From a virus (lineage: Duplodnaviria > Caudoviricetes): a stretch of 37,483 nt of DNA. This document shows, piece after piece, positions 27,244-36,266 of this stretch. The translations under genes and the position numbers were made by a program. Every line of letters starts with the position of its first letter. Position 1 is the stretch's first letter. The DNA lies in the IMG/VR virus record IMGVR_UViG_3300048577_000486, positions 1 through 37,483 of that record; one strand, 5' to 3'. The notes under the pieces are model-generated. The model did no database searches and was not told the DNA's origin. It saw only the letters and a program-made list of their open reading frames with translations.

Positions 27244-28913
27244 GCAACAACCCTTTCAATCGATTCTAAAATACCATCAAACGAGGCCTCAACTATTGAT
27301 TTGATTTGGTTTACTTCGCAACTATTGCCTATCATCTTTTTTTGTTGGCTCTGGTTGCCTAATAAAACATAGTTCTCGTCAAAACCTTGAATGCGCTTTA
27401 ACTCAATAACCTTTAACATTCGCATTTTAATATCTGTAATGTCATACAAGTCCATGAACTCCTTTATCCTGATAACAATTTCTGAATCGGTATCATATAC
27501 CGGGATTGCAACACGGCCACGTTCAACAGCTACAACATATAACGGTGATTTATCTTGACGGGCAACAACAACACAACACGGCCTATCTACACCTTGAGAG
27601 TTACCACCCCAAGAGGGATTTATTAAATAGTGCGTTCTAACTGTAGTAACTGTTGGCGATGGGCTATCAACTGAAATCGCAGGAGCTGTACTGCTATTCA
27701 TATTAATGAGGTAATCGTACTTTCTGTTTGCGGTAATGGTTTTAGCCGGTGCATCAATAGATGAACATCCATTACCGAAGTGAGTGCTCATTATAAACGG
27801 TTCAATTTTAACAAGGCAGTGTTTATCTGTGGTAAGTATAGTTCCTGCCGGAGTATCTAATGATTGGTGATTATGATCGCCAGAATATTGTTTATCTAAA
27901 AAATACTCTGCATTTATTAAACTTAGTCTATCTTTAGTAGTTACAGTAGAAGCAGGACCGTTAATTGATACCGGAGAACTAATGCCGTGATACTTATCTA
28001 AAAATACTGGTTTTACTAATGAGTGAGAATCTATGCACTTTATAGCACCGGCAGGACCATCAATTGAAATATTCTTGCCGTCAGGTCTTCCACTAAAATA
28101 CTTTGATAGGAATTCTGATTTTTGCATTCCTGCCACGTACTTAATTAAACCTGCATAAATTCTCTCGTATGTTTTATCGCTTAGTGCTTTATCCCTAAAA
28201 ATGCTGTTACCCTCGTCAGTCAAATCCAACACATCACGAACCGGCTTGTATTTTTTTAGGTTATCAAATAACGATGTTTGCTTTGGCTCTTTGCTATGTG
28301 TTGGTGTTGGCCATTTAATAGTAATCCAAGGCTTAGCAAATTGAGCAAAGAAACGCCTGCGGCTTGTATATGCGCCATAATCAGCAGCGTTTAATATTCG
28401 CCAATCAAAGTTGTAACCATGGGTTTGTACCTGGTTTGTCCAACGTATATAGTCGCAACCCTCGCGCTTACTAATTGGCTTACCGTTTTCATCTAAAGGA
28501 CCCCACGACATAAACTCCTCTACGTTTTCAATATAAATCATGTCGGGGTTCAACCCTTCAATGTACCTGAATAAATGTTCAGCAAGTGTGCGGCTGTCTG
28601 CATCGCGTGGCTGTCCGCCTTTTGCTTTGCTAAAATTGGTACACTCTAAAGAAGCCCATAAACAAATGATAGCATCGGCCTCGGTTACTCTTATTTGGTT
28701 TACAAGTCTTACAATTGGCTCAATATCTAAAGTGCGAATGTCTTCGGTGAAGTGAAGCACACCATCATGATTAGCCTTGTGTGAAGCGATAGCCCACTGA
28801 TCATGATTAACGCAAGCGATTACATCAGAAATTCGTTTGCCGTTTTTAACGGCTTTCATTACTCCAGAGGTTACACCTCCGGCACCACAAAATAGGTCGA
28901 TAAAGTACATCAT
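27240..28913 (-). CDS. DNA cytosine-5 methyltransferase
   Basis: DLFCGAGG, SLECTNFS, ENV, LNAADYG..TSRRRFF, RIQGF and IGNS. Confidence 0.9.
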   Translation of the reverse strand: MMYFIDLFCGAGGVTSGVMKAVKNGKRISDVIACVNHDQWAIASHKANHDGVLHFTEDIRTLDIEPIVRLVNQIRVTEADAIICLWASLECTNFSKAKGGQPRDADSRTLAEHLFRYIEGLNPDMIYIENVEEFMSWGPLDENGKPISKREGCDYIRWTNQVQTHGYNFDWRILNAADYGAYTSRRRFFAQFAKPWITIKWPTPTHSKEPKQTSLFDNLKKYKPVRDVLDLTDEGNSIFRDKALSDKTYERIYAGLIKYVAGMQKSEFLSKYFSGRPDGKNISIDGPAGAIKCIDSHSLVKPVFLDKYHGISSPVSINGPASTVTTKDRLSLINAEYFLDKQYSGDHNHQSLDTPAGTILTTDKHCLVKIEPFIMSTHFGNGCSSIDAPAKTITANRKYDYLINMNSSTAPAISVDSPSPTVTTVRTHYLINPSWGGNSQGVDRPCCVVVARQDKSPLYVVAVERGRVAIPVYDTDSEIVIRIKEFMDLYDITDIKMRMLKVIELKRIQGFDENYVLLGNQSQQKKMIGNSCEVNQIKSIVEASFDGILESIERVVA

Positions 28914-28941
28914 AATTAATTGGTAGTTAGTTTTTGTTGGC

Positions 28942-29193
28942 TCAATATTGGGTTGACCTTTTTACAAGTGCAAGGTTTTTAATCTTAATTGTTGCATCTG
29001 TAAATGATATTTGTTCCAAACTTTTTGAACGTACTATTTGATGAAAAAACTCTTTTGTGAATTGCATTTTAGGCTTGTTGATTTGTAACACCGGCTCTAA
29101 AAAAACAACCTCTACATCTTTAATGTTTACTCTGTTTGTTATGGTGTATGCCGCATTCTGCACATTACACCAAATTAAATTTTGCGTATTCAT
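28942..29193 (-). CDS. Hypothetical protein
   Basis: Co-oriented ORF in the early operon. Confidence 0.55.
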   Translation of the reverse strand: MNTQNLIWCNVQNAAYTITNRVNIKDVEVVFLEPVLQINKPKMQFTKEFFHQIVRSKSLEQISFTDATIKIKNLALVKRSTQY

Positions 29194-29197
29194 ACGT

Positions 29198-29401
29198 TTA
29201 AAAAAGTCCTGGTTGTGTTTTATTTTTTTCTTCCTTATTCAATTGGTCAAGCAACTGATCAAGGCTTTTTTCTGCTGCCTTACTTTCATCCAACATTTTT
29301 TGAGCATATACATTACCTGCTCGTTTCATGGCGAAGTATGCTTTCTGTTTTCTTCTTACCTCCGATACAGAGGCAAGAAGTTTTTTATAGTTATCATCCA
29401 T
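29198..29401 (-). CDS. Hypothetical protein
   Basis: VRRKQKAYF...SKAAEKSLD...QPGLF; tightly packed in the operon. Confidence 0.65.
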   Translation of the reverse strand: MDDNYKKLLASVSEVRRKQKAYFAMKRAGNVYAQKMLDESKAAEKSLDQLLDQLNKEEKNKTQPGLF

Positions 29402-29406
29402 AGCTA

Positions 29407-29838
29407 TTAAAATGGTAAATCGTCATCGGGTTGGCCATTACCAAATTCAGGGAAATTTGGCTCGTTTACTGATTGGCTTTGTGCTTGTTGCTGATTGTTT
29501 TCAGGCTGCTCTTTATTGCCTGATAGCAATGTTACTGTTGTAACCCTAACCTTAATTTTAGCTCTATGACTGCCGTCACGAGCTTCATAAGTTTCAAGGT
29601 CTGGCGTACCTTCAACATAAATTTGGTTCCCCTTTTTAATGAATGCAGCTATTCTGGTTGATTGTGATTGATCCTTCCAGATGCTGCATTCAAACCAAGT
29701 TGTTTTTTGGTGTTCAACACCTTGGTTATCTTTATACTTTTCTGAATCTGCAACACTAAAGTTGATAACGCTTTTGCCGGAAACCTCCCTGATGGTGGCA
29801 TCATTGCCAACATGGCCAATAACTACTAATTTTCTCAT
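29407..29838 (-). CDS. ssb: Single-stranded DNA-binding protein
   Basis: IGHVGNDA, KKGNQIYVEG and C-terminal DDDLPF. Confidence 0.93.
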   Translation of the reverse strand: MRKLVVIGHVGNDATIREVSGKSVINFSVADSEKYKDNQGVEHQKTTWFECSIWKDQSQSTRIAAFIKKGNQIYVEGTPDLETYEARDGSHRAKIKVRVTTVTLLSGNKEQPENNQQQAQSQSVNEPNFPEFGNGQPDDDLPF

Positions 29839-30416
29839 TGTGGTAACTGTATTAAATTATTTTTTTGAAGTTCGAAGAAACATTTGGCTGTGGCCATTAC
29901 ATCGTTTAGTGCATCGTGTGCGCCCTCAAAATCTTGCTTAAAAAGGAAACGATGTAACTCCTCAAGCTTTGGCCATTTGAAACCATACGGACCAGGTATT
30001 TGACAAATGTTTGTTGTAGCCTGCATTGTACAAAAGCGAATAGGCTTATTAGTTGATTTCATACCCGCTTTTATCATTTCAGCCTGCACAATTGGTAAAT
30101 CAAAAGCCATGTTGTGAGCTATGATGTATTTAGTGCGGTTTAGTAGAGTAGTAAAAAGCAATAGTGCTGATTCAATGGCCATACCCTCGGCCATGCTTTT
30201 TTCATGCGAAAAACCATTGTCGATCCAAAACTTATCGGTTGGCATTACCCAACCATTAGGACGAATTAAGCAGCATGTTGATGATAGGCAGACACCTTTT
30301 TCATCATACAAAGCCCAAGCCAATTGAATTACACGTGGCCAATTTTCTAAATCTGTTGCCGGTGCCTTGTAGTTTTTAGGCACTCCCGTTGTTTCTGTGT
30401 CGAAGAATAAATACAT
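29835..30416 (-). CDS. DEDDh 3'-5' exonuclease
   Basis: FDTETTG, AHNMAFD and HDALND. Confidence 0.9.
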   Translation of the reverse strand: MYLFFDTETTGVPKNYKAPATDLENWPRVIQLAWALYDEKGVCLSSTCCLIRPNGWVMPTDKFWIDNGFSHEKSMAEGMAIESALLLFTTLLNRTKYIIAHNMAFDLPIVQAEMIKAGMKSTNKPIRFCTMQATTNICQIPGPYGFKWPKLEELHRFLFKQDFEGAHDALNDVMATAKCFFELQKNNLIQLPQ

Positions 30417-30437
30417 ATTTTTTTGGTAGTTAGTTTT

Positions 30438-30468
30438 AAAAAAATCCGGAGCACTTACCCGGCTCCGG
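30438..30468 (-). terminator. Intrinsic terminator
   Basis: CCGGAGC/GCTCCGG stem followed by ATTTTTTT on the minus strand. Confidence 0.6.
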
Positions 30469-30703
30469 TTAGGTCCTCCATGCCCTTGGAGATTTGCTTT
30501 CTGTTGAGGCTTATTCTTTTTTGCATCTTACTTTGTTGGTACTTGTTAGGCACATATCACTAATGATATGGTAGCAATCCTAACCGTCTTCCATGTTGCC
30601 AGAGGTAAGCAGACAACTTCATCATAGTACACGTACTATAGAACTCATGGACCCACTCCCGAACCGCGAGAAAGAACATATAGCCTCGTTTTTGTAAGGG
30701 TTG

Positions 30704-30858
30704 TGGAGGTGTTGGGATTCGAACCCATTAATCTATTCGCGCATCTGCCTTATATAGTTAAAACCCACAACCGATAGTTGCTTTCAAAGGGGCTTTCAAG
30801 CTCACATTCGCTTCCTTACTGGTATTGCTTGTCTTTTGCTTCCTGAAGCATCACCTCC
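30704..30858 (-). ncRNA. tRNA-like structured RNA (acceptor stem and T arm, long insert)
   Basis: 5' GGAGGTG pairs with 3' CACCTCC; T arm TGGG-TTCGAAT-CCCA. Confidence 0.55.
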
Positions 30859-30899
30859 ATAAGCTGCCGGAACCTTGAACCGGCAGCATTACGATTTAA

Positions 30900-30910
30900 T
30901 TTTAAAGAAC
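30900..30910 (-). promoter_or_regulatory. boxA-like antitermination element
   Basis: GTTCTTTAAAA about 40 nt upstream of the tRNA-like RNA. Confidence 0.4.
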
Positions 30911-30949
30911 GATTTTCGGAAACAAAGCCTCCGTTGGGCTTAGGTATTG

Positions 30950-31672
30950 TTAACAGTTGATTAGTGTGAAACCCTTGTTTGTAAAATCTTCACGTTGCGG
31001 ATGGAAAGCATCTAACACGGCTAACTTTTGCAACTCGGCCAACTCAACACTTTCTAACCAAAAACGTACGGTTGAATCAGTAACATCATAGCAGATTTCA
31101 ACACGGAATGATTTTGGCGATTGACCTTTGAACAACGGTATTGTTAGCACAAAATCAATAGCGATGTCGCTTACAACTTGTTTTGCAAAACTGTTGTTGC
31201 GGTTGCCTCTGTTGTCTGCCTCTGATTTCATTTCACTTTGAACCTTGGCACTAAACGACTTTAAGTCTGTAACTAATTTCATGTGTGCTTCTTTGTCAGG
31301 AAAGTACAAGCGGCTCATTCGAACAAATTTTTCAAGTTCTTTTTGACCGTAGTACTTTTCCTGATTAATTCCGAAAGCTTTTAAATCAGGGAACTCTTCG
31401 AGCAAAGCCTTAACACAAGTTTGTAAATCAGAGCTTGGGTCGGTTTGTAAAAGGATGGTTCCTTTTGCTTCATCAAAAATGATTACAGCAGTTTTTTTGT
31501 CTAGCAATTCAGCCCTTGTTTTGAGGAAGTCATACACAGCGTTGATATCACCGATAATGTTTATCCCTTTTGGGTTAATTGCTTTGGGAGCGTCTCCCTC
31601 CAATACATGAATGATGATTGGTTTTGATACATCTACACCTGGTGCAATGTTCACGTTTACTTCGTTAGCCAT
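30950..31672 (-). CDS. Hypothetical phage protein
   Basis: 240-aa ORF overlapping the upstream gene. Confidence 0.75.
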   Translation of the reverse strand: MANEVNVNIAPGVDVSKPIIIHVLEGDAPKAINPKGINIIGDINAVYDFLKTRAELLDKKTAVIIFDEAKGTILLQTDPSSDLQTCVKALLEEFPDLKAFGINQEKYYGQKELEKFVRMSRLYFPDKEAHMKLVTDLKSFSAKVQSEMKSEADNRGNRNNSFAKQVVSDIAIDFVLTIPLFKGQSPKSFRVEICYDVTDSTVRFWLESVELAELQKLAVLDAFHPQREDFTNKGFTLINC

Positions 31673-32084
31673 TTGTTCCGCTTCTTGTTATTTGGAAAAT
31701 TGTTTTTTGACGTTCGTCCGGCCTTAACCTACGCGAGCGGATGAAGCCTCCAAACTCGTCATAGTAATCAAGTGTACCGTTTTCTTGGTTTGCAAAACCG
31801 TACTGTTTGCCCTCAATGTTTTGGCCGTTAAACTGAATGTTGTTTAGTAACTCGCGTTGTTCTGTTTTCAAGAGTTTAATCTCAGCCTTGAATTGATCAG
31901 ATATGGATTTCAATTCGTCTTCCTTATTAAGGACCTGAATTGATTTGAGTGAGAATTCCGATTGTGTTGCGCTTAACTCTTCTTGAGAGAAAGCTTTGAA
32001 GTATTGACCTTCTTCAACAACGTCAGCATGGTTTTTAATGAACTCTTGTCGCTGGTCAAGAGGCATGTTTTTTAAGTGTTCCAT
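31665..32084 (-). CDS. Hypothetical phage protein (coiled coil)
   Basis: 139-aa ORF in the operon. Confidence 0.75.
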   Translation of the reverse strand: MEHLKNMPLDQRQEFIKNHADVVEEGQYFKAFSQEELSATQSEFSLKSIQVLNKEDELKSISDQFKAEIKLLKTEQRELLNNIQFNGQNIEGKQYGFANQENGTLDYYDEFGGFIRSRRLRPDERQKTIFQITRSGTNG

Positions 32085-32362
32085 TATATATTAATGAAGT
32101 ATTGTTTATATCTTGTACCTTCTACATATTCGCTTTTAATATCAAGCCCTTTATAGTCGCGTAAGTCCTTAACTCTTCGCCTTAAATCGCCAACCTGATA
32201 CTTTATTAAAGCTGTTGTTGTTGTTAGTTTTTCGCCTCGCATCAATGCCTCATAAACTATTTTACACTGTTTGTTAAAATGGTCCTTGTGTTCGATAAAC
32301 TTTTCTTCACTCTCCCTATTGTTGTGAGGGTGCGTAAAGTCGAATTGCATTTGATACTCCAT
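32084..32362 (-). CDS. Winged-HTH-like protein
   Basis: LMRGEKLTT..AL....VGDLRRRVKDLR..KGLDI. Confidence 0.65.
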   Translation of the reverse strand: MEYQMQFDFTHPHNNRESEEKFIEHKDHFNKQCKIVYEALMRGEKLTTTTALIKYQVGDLRRRVKDLRDYKGLDIKSEYVEGTRYKQYFINI

Positions 32363-32366
32363 AGCG

Positions 32367-33521
32367 TTAGTTGATTGAAACGGGTAACAATTCTTTCATT
32401 GCCCAATTAGGTTGCTTCATTAAAATGATACCGCTGTTGCCCTCCTCGGCCATTGCATCAAAGCCCGGATAAGTATCTAATTCTTTGCAATCCTTAATGG
32501 TTTGAAGTGCGTTGTGATATTTGTATTTACCATTTTGCAAATCGTCAGCATCCCAAAACAATACAGCAGGTAAGTATGGAGCTACCGTTTGTAGCATGAT
32601 TGTGATTACACAATTAAACTTACGGCCGGTGGCATGTGATGCAACTTCTAAATACATCCCCTCCGAAAGTTCGTATTTGTATTGTGCGCTATCGTATTGG
32701 AATTTATCAACCGTTTCAGCGTGTGTTGTTTTAAAACTGATGATTGCGTTAACTCCAATGTTTTCTTCAAAATTCATCGCATCAGGACGAACCTTAACAT
32801 CTAAACCCGTACTTGGGTCTTGGGTGTATATTGAAGTTTCGAAACAAGCACCACGTAATAATTTAGGAATGATGCCGTTTCCGTATCTGTAGTAATTGCT
32901 TTTGATAACCTTGATAATCATGGCATGTTCTTCGGTAACTGCAATCTTGCCAGATGCCAACATTAAAAGTTTGTAATAAGCCTTTTTACCTGCAAGCTTG
33001 GTTAAATCCGAACCTGAGTTTTTAGCCGCGGTTTTGCAATTAATCAGCATATCAACATCAACCTGCTTTTCCCAAAAATCAATTAACGTGTCTACACCTT
33101 CATTGCTTGCTAAACTTGCGCTTGGCTCAACCAATACTAAATCAAACAAATCCGGCTCAAGGAATGCCATGTGGCAAAACGTACCAAGTTCGAAGTGTGA
33201 TTTATCTTTTTGAGGCAACGACTTGTTAATGTAATGGAAGTAGTGAAGAGGTGTTTTTAAAGCCTCTTTACAAGCAGACGAAGAAATTGCTTTATTGGCT
33301 AAGTATTGGTCCATTTCATCCTTAACCAATATGCCGTTTACCGATAATGTTTCCGGGTAAATAACAACTGGTTCTTCGGATTGATGCAACTGAAGATGCT
33401 CAATAATTAAATCAACAGTTGCGTAGTCTGTGTCGGAGTATAGCAGTTTGTTTAACTCTTTCTCCTCAACAACTGCCTGATTCAAATCAGGCAGTTGTGT
33501 TGTGTCAAAATCATTTACCAT
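32367..33521 (-). CDS. PD-(D/E)XK nuclease, RecE/exonuclease VIII-like
   Basis: ISSS, LGTFCH..FLEP, KVRPD, SFKTT and Y.LSEGMY. Confidence 0.75.
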   Translation of the reverse strand: MVNDFDTTQLPDLNQAVVEEKELNKLLYSDTDYATVDLIIEHLQLHQSEEPVVIYPETLSVNGILVKDEMDQYLANKAISSSACKEALKTPLHYFHYINKSLPQKDKSHFELGTFCHMAFLEPDLFDLVLVEPSASLASNEGVDTLIDFWEKQVDVDMLINCKTAAKNSGSDLTKLAGKKAYYKLLMLASGKIAVTEEHAMIIKVIKSNYYRYGNGIIPKLLRGACFETSIYTQDPSTGLDVKVRPDAMNFEENIGVNAIISFKTTHAETVDKFQYDSAQYKYELSEGMYLEVASHATGRKFNCVITIMLQTVAPYLPAVLFWDADDLQNGKYKYHNALQTIKDCKELDTYPGFDAMAEEGNSGIILMKQPNWAMKELLPVSIN

Positions 33522-33964
33522 TAGATGTTAACTACTAAAGGTTTAACACTCCATGAATCTGATTTAAACGAGTTAGTTTTATTGGTTTTCTTACCTAAGT
33601 AAGTTACCAATAAGGGTGTACCTCGTTTGATGTTGTTGGCTTGCAAAGCACCAACTAAACGTTTACTTCCGTTACTAACGGATTTAACTTCGCCATTAAT
33701 GTTTTCAAGGAAGAATGCACACTCTAAATCAATGATGTCTTCCGAATTCATGTCCTTAACACCTCTTACATCAATGCGGTCAAAAAACATTCGCTTGCTT
33801 TCGCCTGGTGTTTCGGGTGTCCAATAATCAGCCATTAAATCAAATGGTACTGATTGCGCATCATCTAATGATGGTAGCGGCTTAGTTAAATCAACTGTTG
33901 GGAATGAAACGTTGTTGTTTTGTGTCGCAACATCTTGTGTTGCGTTTTCTTTTACGATTGTCAT
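33521..33964 (-). CDS. Hypothetical protein, possible ssDNA-binding or annealing partner
   Basis: Stop overlaps the nuclease start; beta-rich. Confidence 0.6.
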   Translation of the reverse strand: MTIVKENATQDVATQNNNVSFPTVDLTKPLPSLDDAQSVPFDLMADYWTPETPGESKRMFFDRIDVRGVKDMNSEDIIDLECAFFLENINGEVKSVSNGSKRLVGALQANNIKRGTPLLVTYLGKKTNKTNSFKSDSWSVKPLVVNI

Positions 33965-33969
33965 AATTA

Positions 33970-34995
33970 TTATTGATTGGTAGTTTTATACTTGTTAATG
34001 ATGCCAATAAACCTATTCATTAGGCTGTGTGCCTCGGTTACATAAGCATTGGCGATGTCTTCAATCTCTTTGGATTGAAAAGTTAGATCTTTAGGAAAGT
34101 CGATAACCATTGACTTTATAATGTTTTCAGCCTTTATTACATCGGGCTGAACCTCTATAAGTTTTGCTTCGTATTCGGCCTGTTGTTTTTCCTCTTGCTT
34201 GCGTTTTTCATCGGCCAATCTTTGTTTTTCAATTGCATCTAAACGGTCCTGCTCGGCTTTTGCTGCTGCCTCTTTTTCTGCTTTCATACGAGCCTTTTCT
34301 GCCTCCATTTCTTCACGCTCTTTTTTCAACTTTAGTTGCTCGGCTGCTTGTTCTTGGCGTTGTTTCTCCAACTTATCCTTTTCTGCTTTTATACGTGCCT
34401 GCTCGGCTGCTTTTTCTGCTGCTTCTTTTTCCTCTTGTTGTTTACGTGCTGCTTCCTCGGCTGCTTTTATTTCTGCTAATCTGCACTGCTCGGCCTCGTA
34501 TTCCTCTTTGCATTTATCAACCTTAGCTTCAAACTGTTCATCAGTAAGACTAACCAAAACATCGTAATCAATTACAGCATTGTATTGAGCCAATGCATCA
34601 ATACGACCTTGTATTTTTAGTTTGGCAATACGTTCTGCCTCGGCTTTTTTCTCGGCCTCTTCACGCTCAAAATCTTCCTCAAGTTTTGATAAACGATCTT
34701 CCTCCGGTGATATGATGGCAACTAAGTCTTTCTCACGCTCCATAATCATTTTGCTAATTGGAGTAAGAATATCACGCATTGATTTTCCCTCACGCTGAAC
34801 GGCTGCACGTTCAGATTTTAAGGTTTTACGCATGGTTGAAACAATTTTGTAATCATCCTTGCTTTCTAATTTTGCAAAAACAATTGCTGCAGCTTCGTTT
34901 TTTAGGTTAATTAATGCTGCTTTCCTGGCCTCAAAACTTTGCAAACCGCTTGTTATCTTTTCAAGATCGGTTCCAGTAGTTGGTGTTGTTGTCAT
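33970..34995 (-). CDS. Coiled-coil protein of the recombination module
   Basis: Long Glu/Lys/Ala-rich region. Confidence 0.75.
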   Translation of the reverse strand: MTTTPTTGTDLEKITSGLQSFEARKAALINLKNEAAAIVFAKLESKDDYKIVSTMRKTLKSERAAVQREGKSMRDILTPISKMIMEREKDLVAIISPEEDRLSKLEEDFEREEAEKKAEAERIAKLKIQGRIDALAQYNAVIDYDVLVSLTDEQFEAKVDKCKEEYEAEQCRLAEIKAAEEAARKQQEEKEAAEKAAEQARIKAEKDKLEKQRQEQAAEQLKLKKEREEMEAEKARMKAEKEAAAKAEQDRLDAIEKQRLADEKRKQEEKQQAEYEAKLIEVQPDVIKAENIIKSMVIDFPKDLTFQSKEIEDIANAYVTEAHSLMNRFIGIINKYKTTNQ

Positions 34996-34999
34996 AACT

Positions 35000-35218
35000 T
35001 TAATTGGTAGTTAGTTTTTTTATTATTTGGTTATAAACTTCATCTGCTTTGTTGCTGTGTGTTACTGGGTGTTGCTCTTTAATTTTATCGGTAACTACAC
35101 AAACAATATCAATCCTATATTTTTGTGTGTATGGCTTATGCATCAACCGAACTTTGTCCGGAAGATGAATACTCAAACCAATGCACTTGTAAGGGTCTAC
35201 ATCGTTACTTTTTCCCAT
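35000..35218 (-). CDS. Hypothetical protein
   Basis: Co-oriented 72-aa ORF. Confidence 0.55.
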   Translation of the reverse strand: MGKSNDVDPYKCIGLSIHLPDKVRLMHKPYTQKYRIDIVCVVTDKIKEQHPVTHSNKADEVYNQIIKKLTTN

Positions 35219-35904
35219 CCGCTTTTGATGTATTCTTTAATTACAGTTTCGATATTGTGTTCAACATAGTTTTGAATATCTCTGGTAACCGCTACTTGTT
35301 TATGGTTACCATCGTGATCAACACTATCAAAAGTGGCATCATCAAACAATCCTGAGTTAACAGCAAAATCAATTAACATGGTTGTTGCAATAGAGCTGTC
35401 GGTGAATAGGTCGGGTTCGTTTTTATTTTCTTCCCAAGTCCACAACACGTTGATGATGCCTTTGCTTTCGTTCCAATCCTCAATAAAAACATTACGTGTA
35501 TCGTAAGGCAGCTTATCCGGCTTGCCTATAAAATCAGGTAATGAGTAATTTTGAAATTGAGTAATGGTCATTCGTAACCATGGTTTAAGTTCAGGGTATA
35601 TCTCGTTTATGCGAGCGGCCATAATATCAAGGCACTCTCTGGCCTCAACATTTAGCCCAAGAGAAGACAACTCCTCGCACAACTCAACAGCCTTATGGAA
35701 AGCAGGGTAACTGGCTTTCTCTTGCCCATTCAAAAACAGTGCGGTTTCGTTTTCAAAAACAGCTGCTATTTCTTTTAAAATGCGCTCTCTGGTTTTGTGC
35801 AAGTGCCTTTCAAGGTCTTGTTCTCCCATTAGTAAGTTGTGGGCGAATTCCTCCAATGTTATTGATGGAATAGAATTTTCGATTACATTTGCAATTGTGT
35901 TCAT
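35197..35904 (-). CDS. Hypothetical protein
   Basis: ATG at 35904, after the ACTAACTACCAA motif. Confidence 0.7.
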   Translation of the reverse strand: MNTIANVIENSIPSITLEEFAHNLLMGEQDLERHLHKTRERILKEIAAVFENETALFLNGQEKASYPAFHKAVELCEELSSLGLNVEARECLDIMAARINEIYPELKPWLRMTITQFQNYSLPDFIGKPDKLPYDTRNVFIEDWNESKGIINVLWTWEENKNEPDLFTDSSIATTMLIDFAVNSGLFDDATFDSVDHDGNHKQVAVTRDIQNYVEHNIETVIKEYIKSGWEKVTM

Positions 35905-35920
35905 AATTATTAATTGGTAG

Positions 35921-36097
35921 TTAGTATTTATTGTCACCAAAGGGACCGCGTTTAATGCGGTCTTTTTTGTTACCTCGGATTACATAGTAAAATGCAAAGC
36001 CTAAGAAGATATAAATCAAGGTTATTAAAACACCCATTACATCGGTACTTGGTCCGTGTGTTACAAGAAAATCAATGCATTTATCTACTTTTTCCAT
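35921..36097 (-). CDS. 58-aa single-TM protein (not in the ORF track)
   Basis: MEKVDK...VMGVLITLIYIFLGFAFYYVIRGNKK. Confidence 0.55.
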   Translation of the reverse strand: MEKVDKCIDFLVTHGPSTDVMGVLITLIYIFLGFAFYYVIRGNKKDRIKRGPFGDNKY

Positions 36098-36266
36098 TTA
36101 TGTGTTTTTTAAAGGTTTTACTTCTAATTGATGCACGGTAATCGTTTACTGTTCTCAACTCTTTTTGCTTTTTATGCCCGGTAACCATCATCAACACTTC
36201 TTTTGTTTTTGACAATTCCTTCTCGATAGAAGCTAACTTATCAAGTATGAGTTGATCTGTATTCAT
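36081..36266 (-). CDS. Hypothetical protein
   Basis: Start overlaps the stop of the Cro-like gene. Confidence 0.6.
   Translation of the reverse strand: MNTDQLILDKLASIEKELSKTKEVLMMVTGHKKQKELRTVNDYRASIRSKTFKKHINGKSR

Noticed and set aside
30704-30858. Canonical tRNA or tmRNA
   Set aside because: No standard D or anticodon arm, too short for tmRNA and no G3-U70 pair; kept only as tRNA-like.
34180-34660. Repeated CTCGGC/GCTGC DNA motifs
   Set aside because: Explained by Ala-Glu codons of a coiled-coil protein.
35938-35969. Hairpin GGACCGCG/TGCGGTCT with a plus-strand T-run as an early-operon terminator
   Set aside because: The T-run faces against the operon and the hairpin sits within a plausible small ORF; function unresolved.
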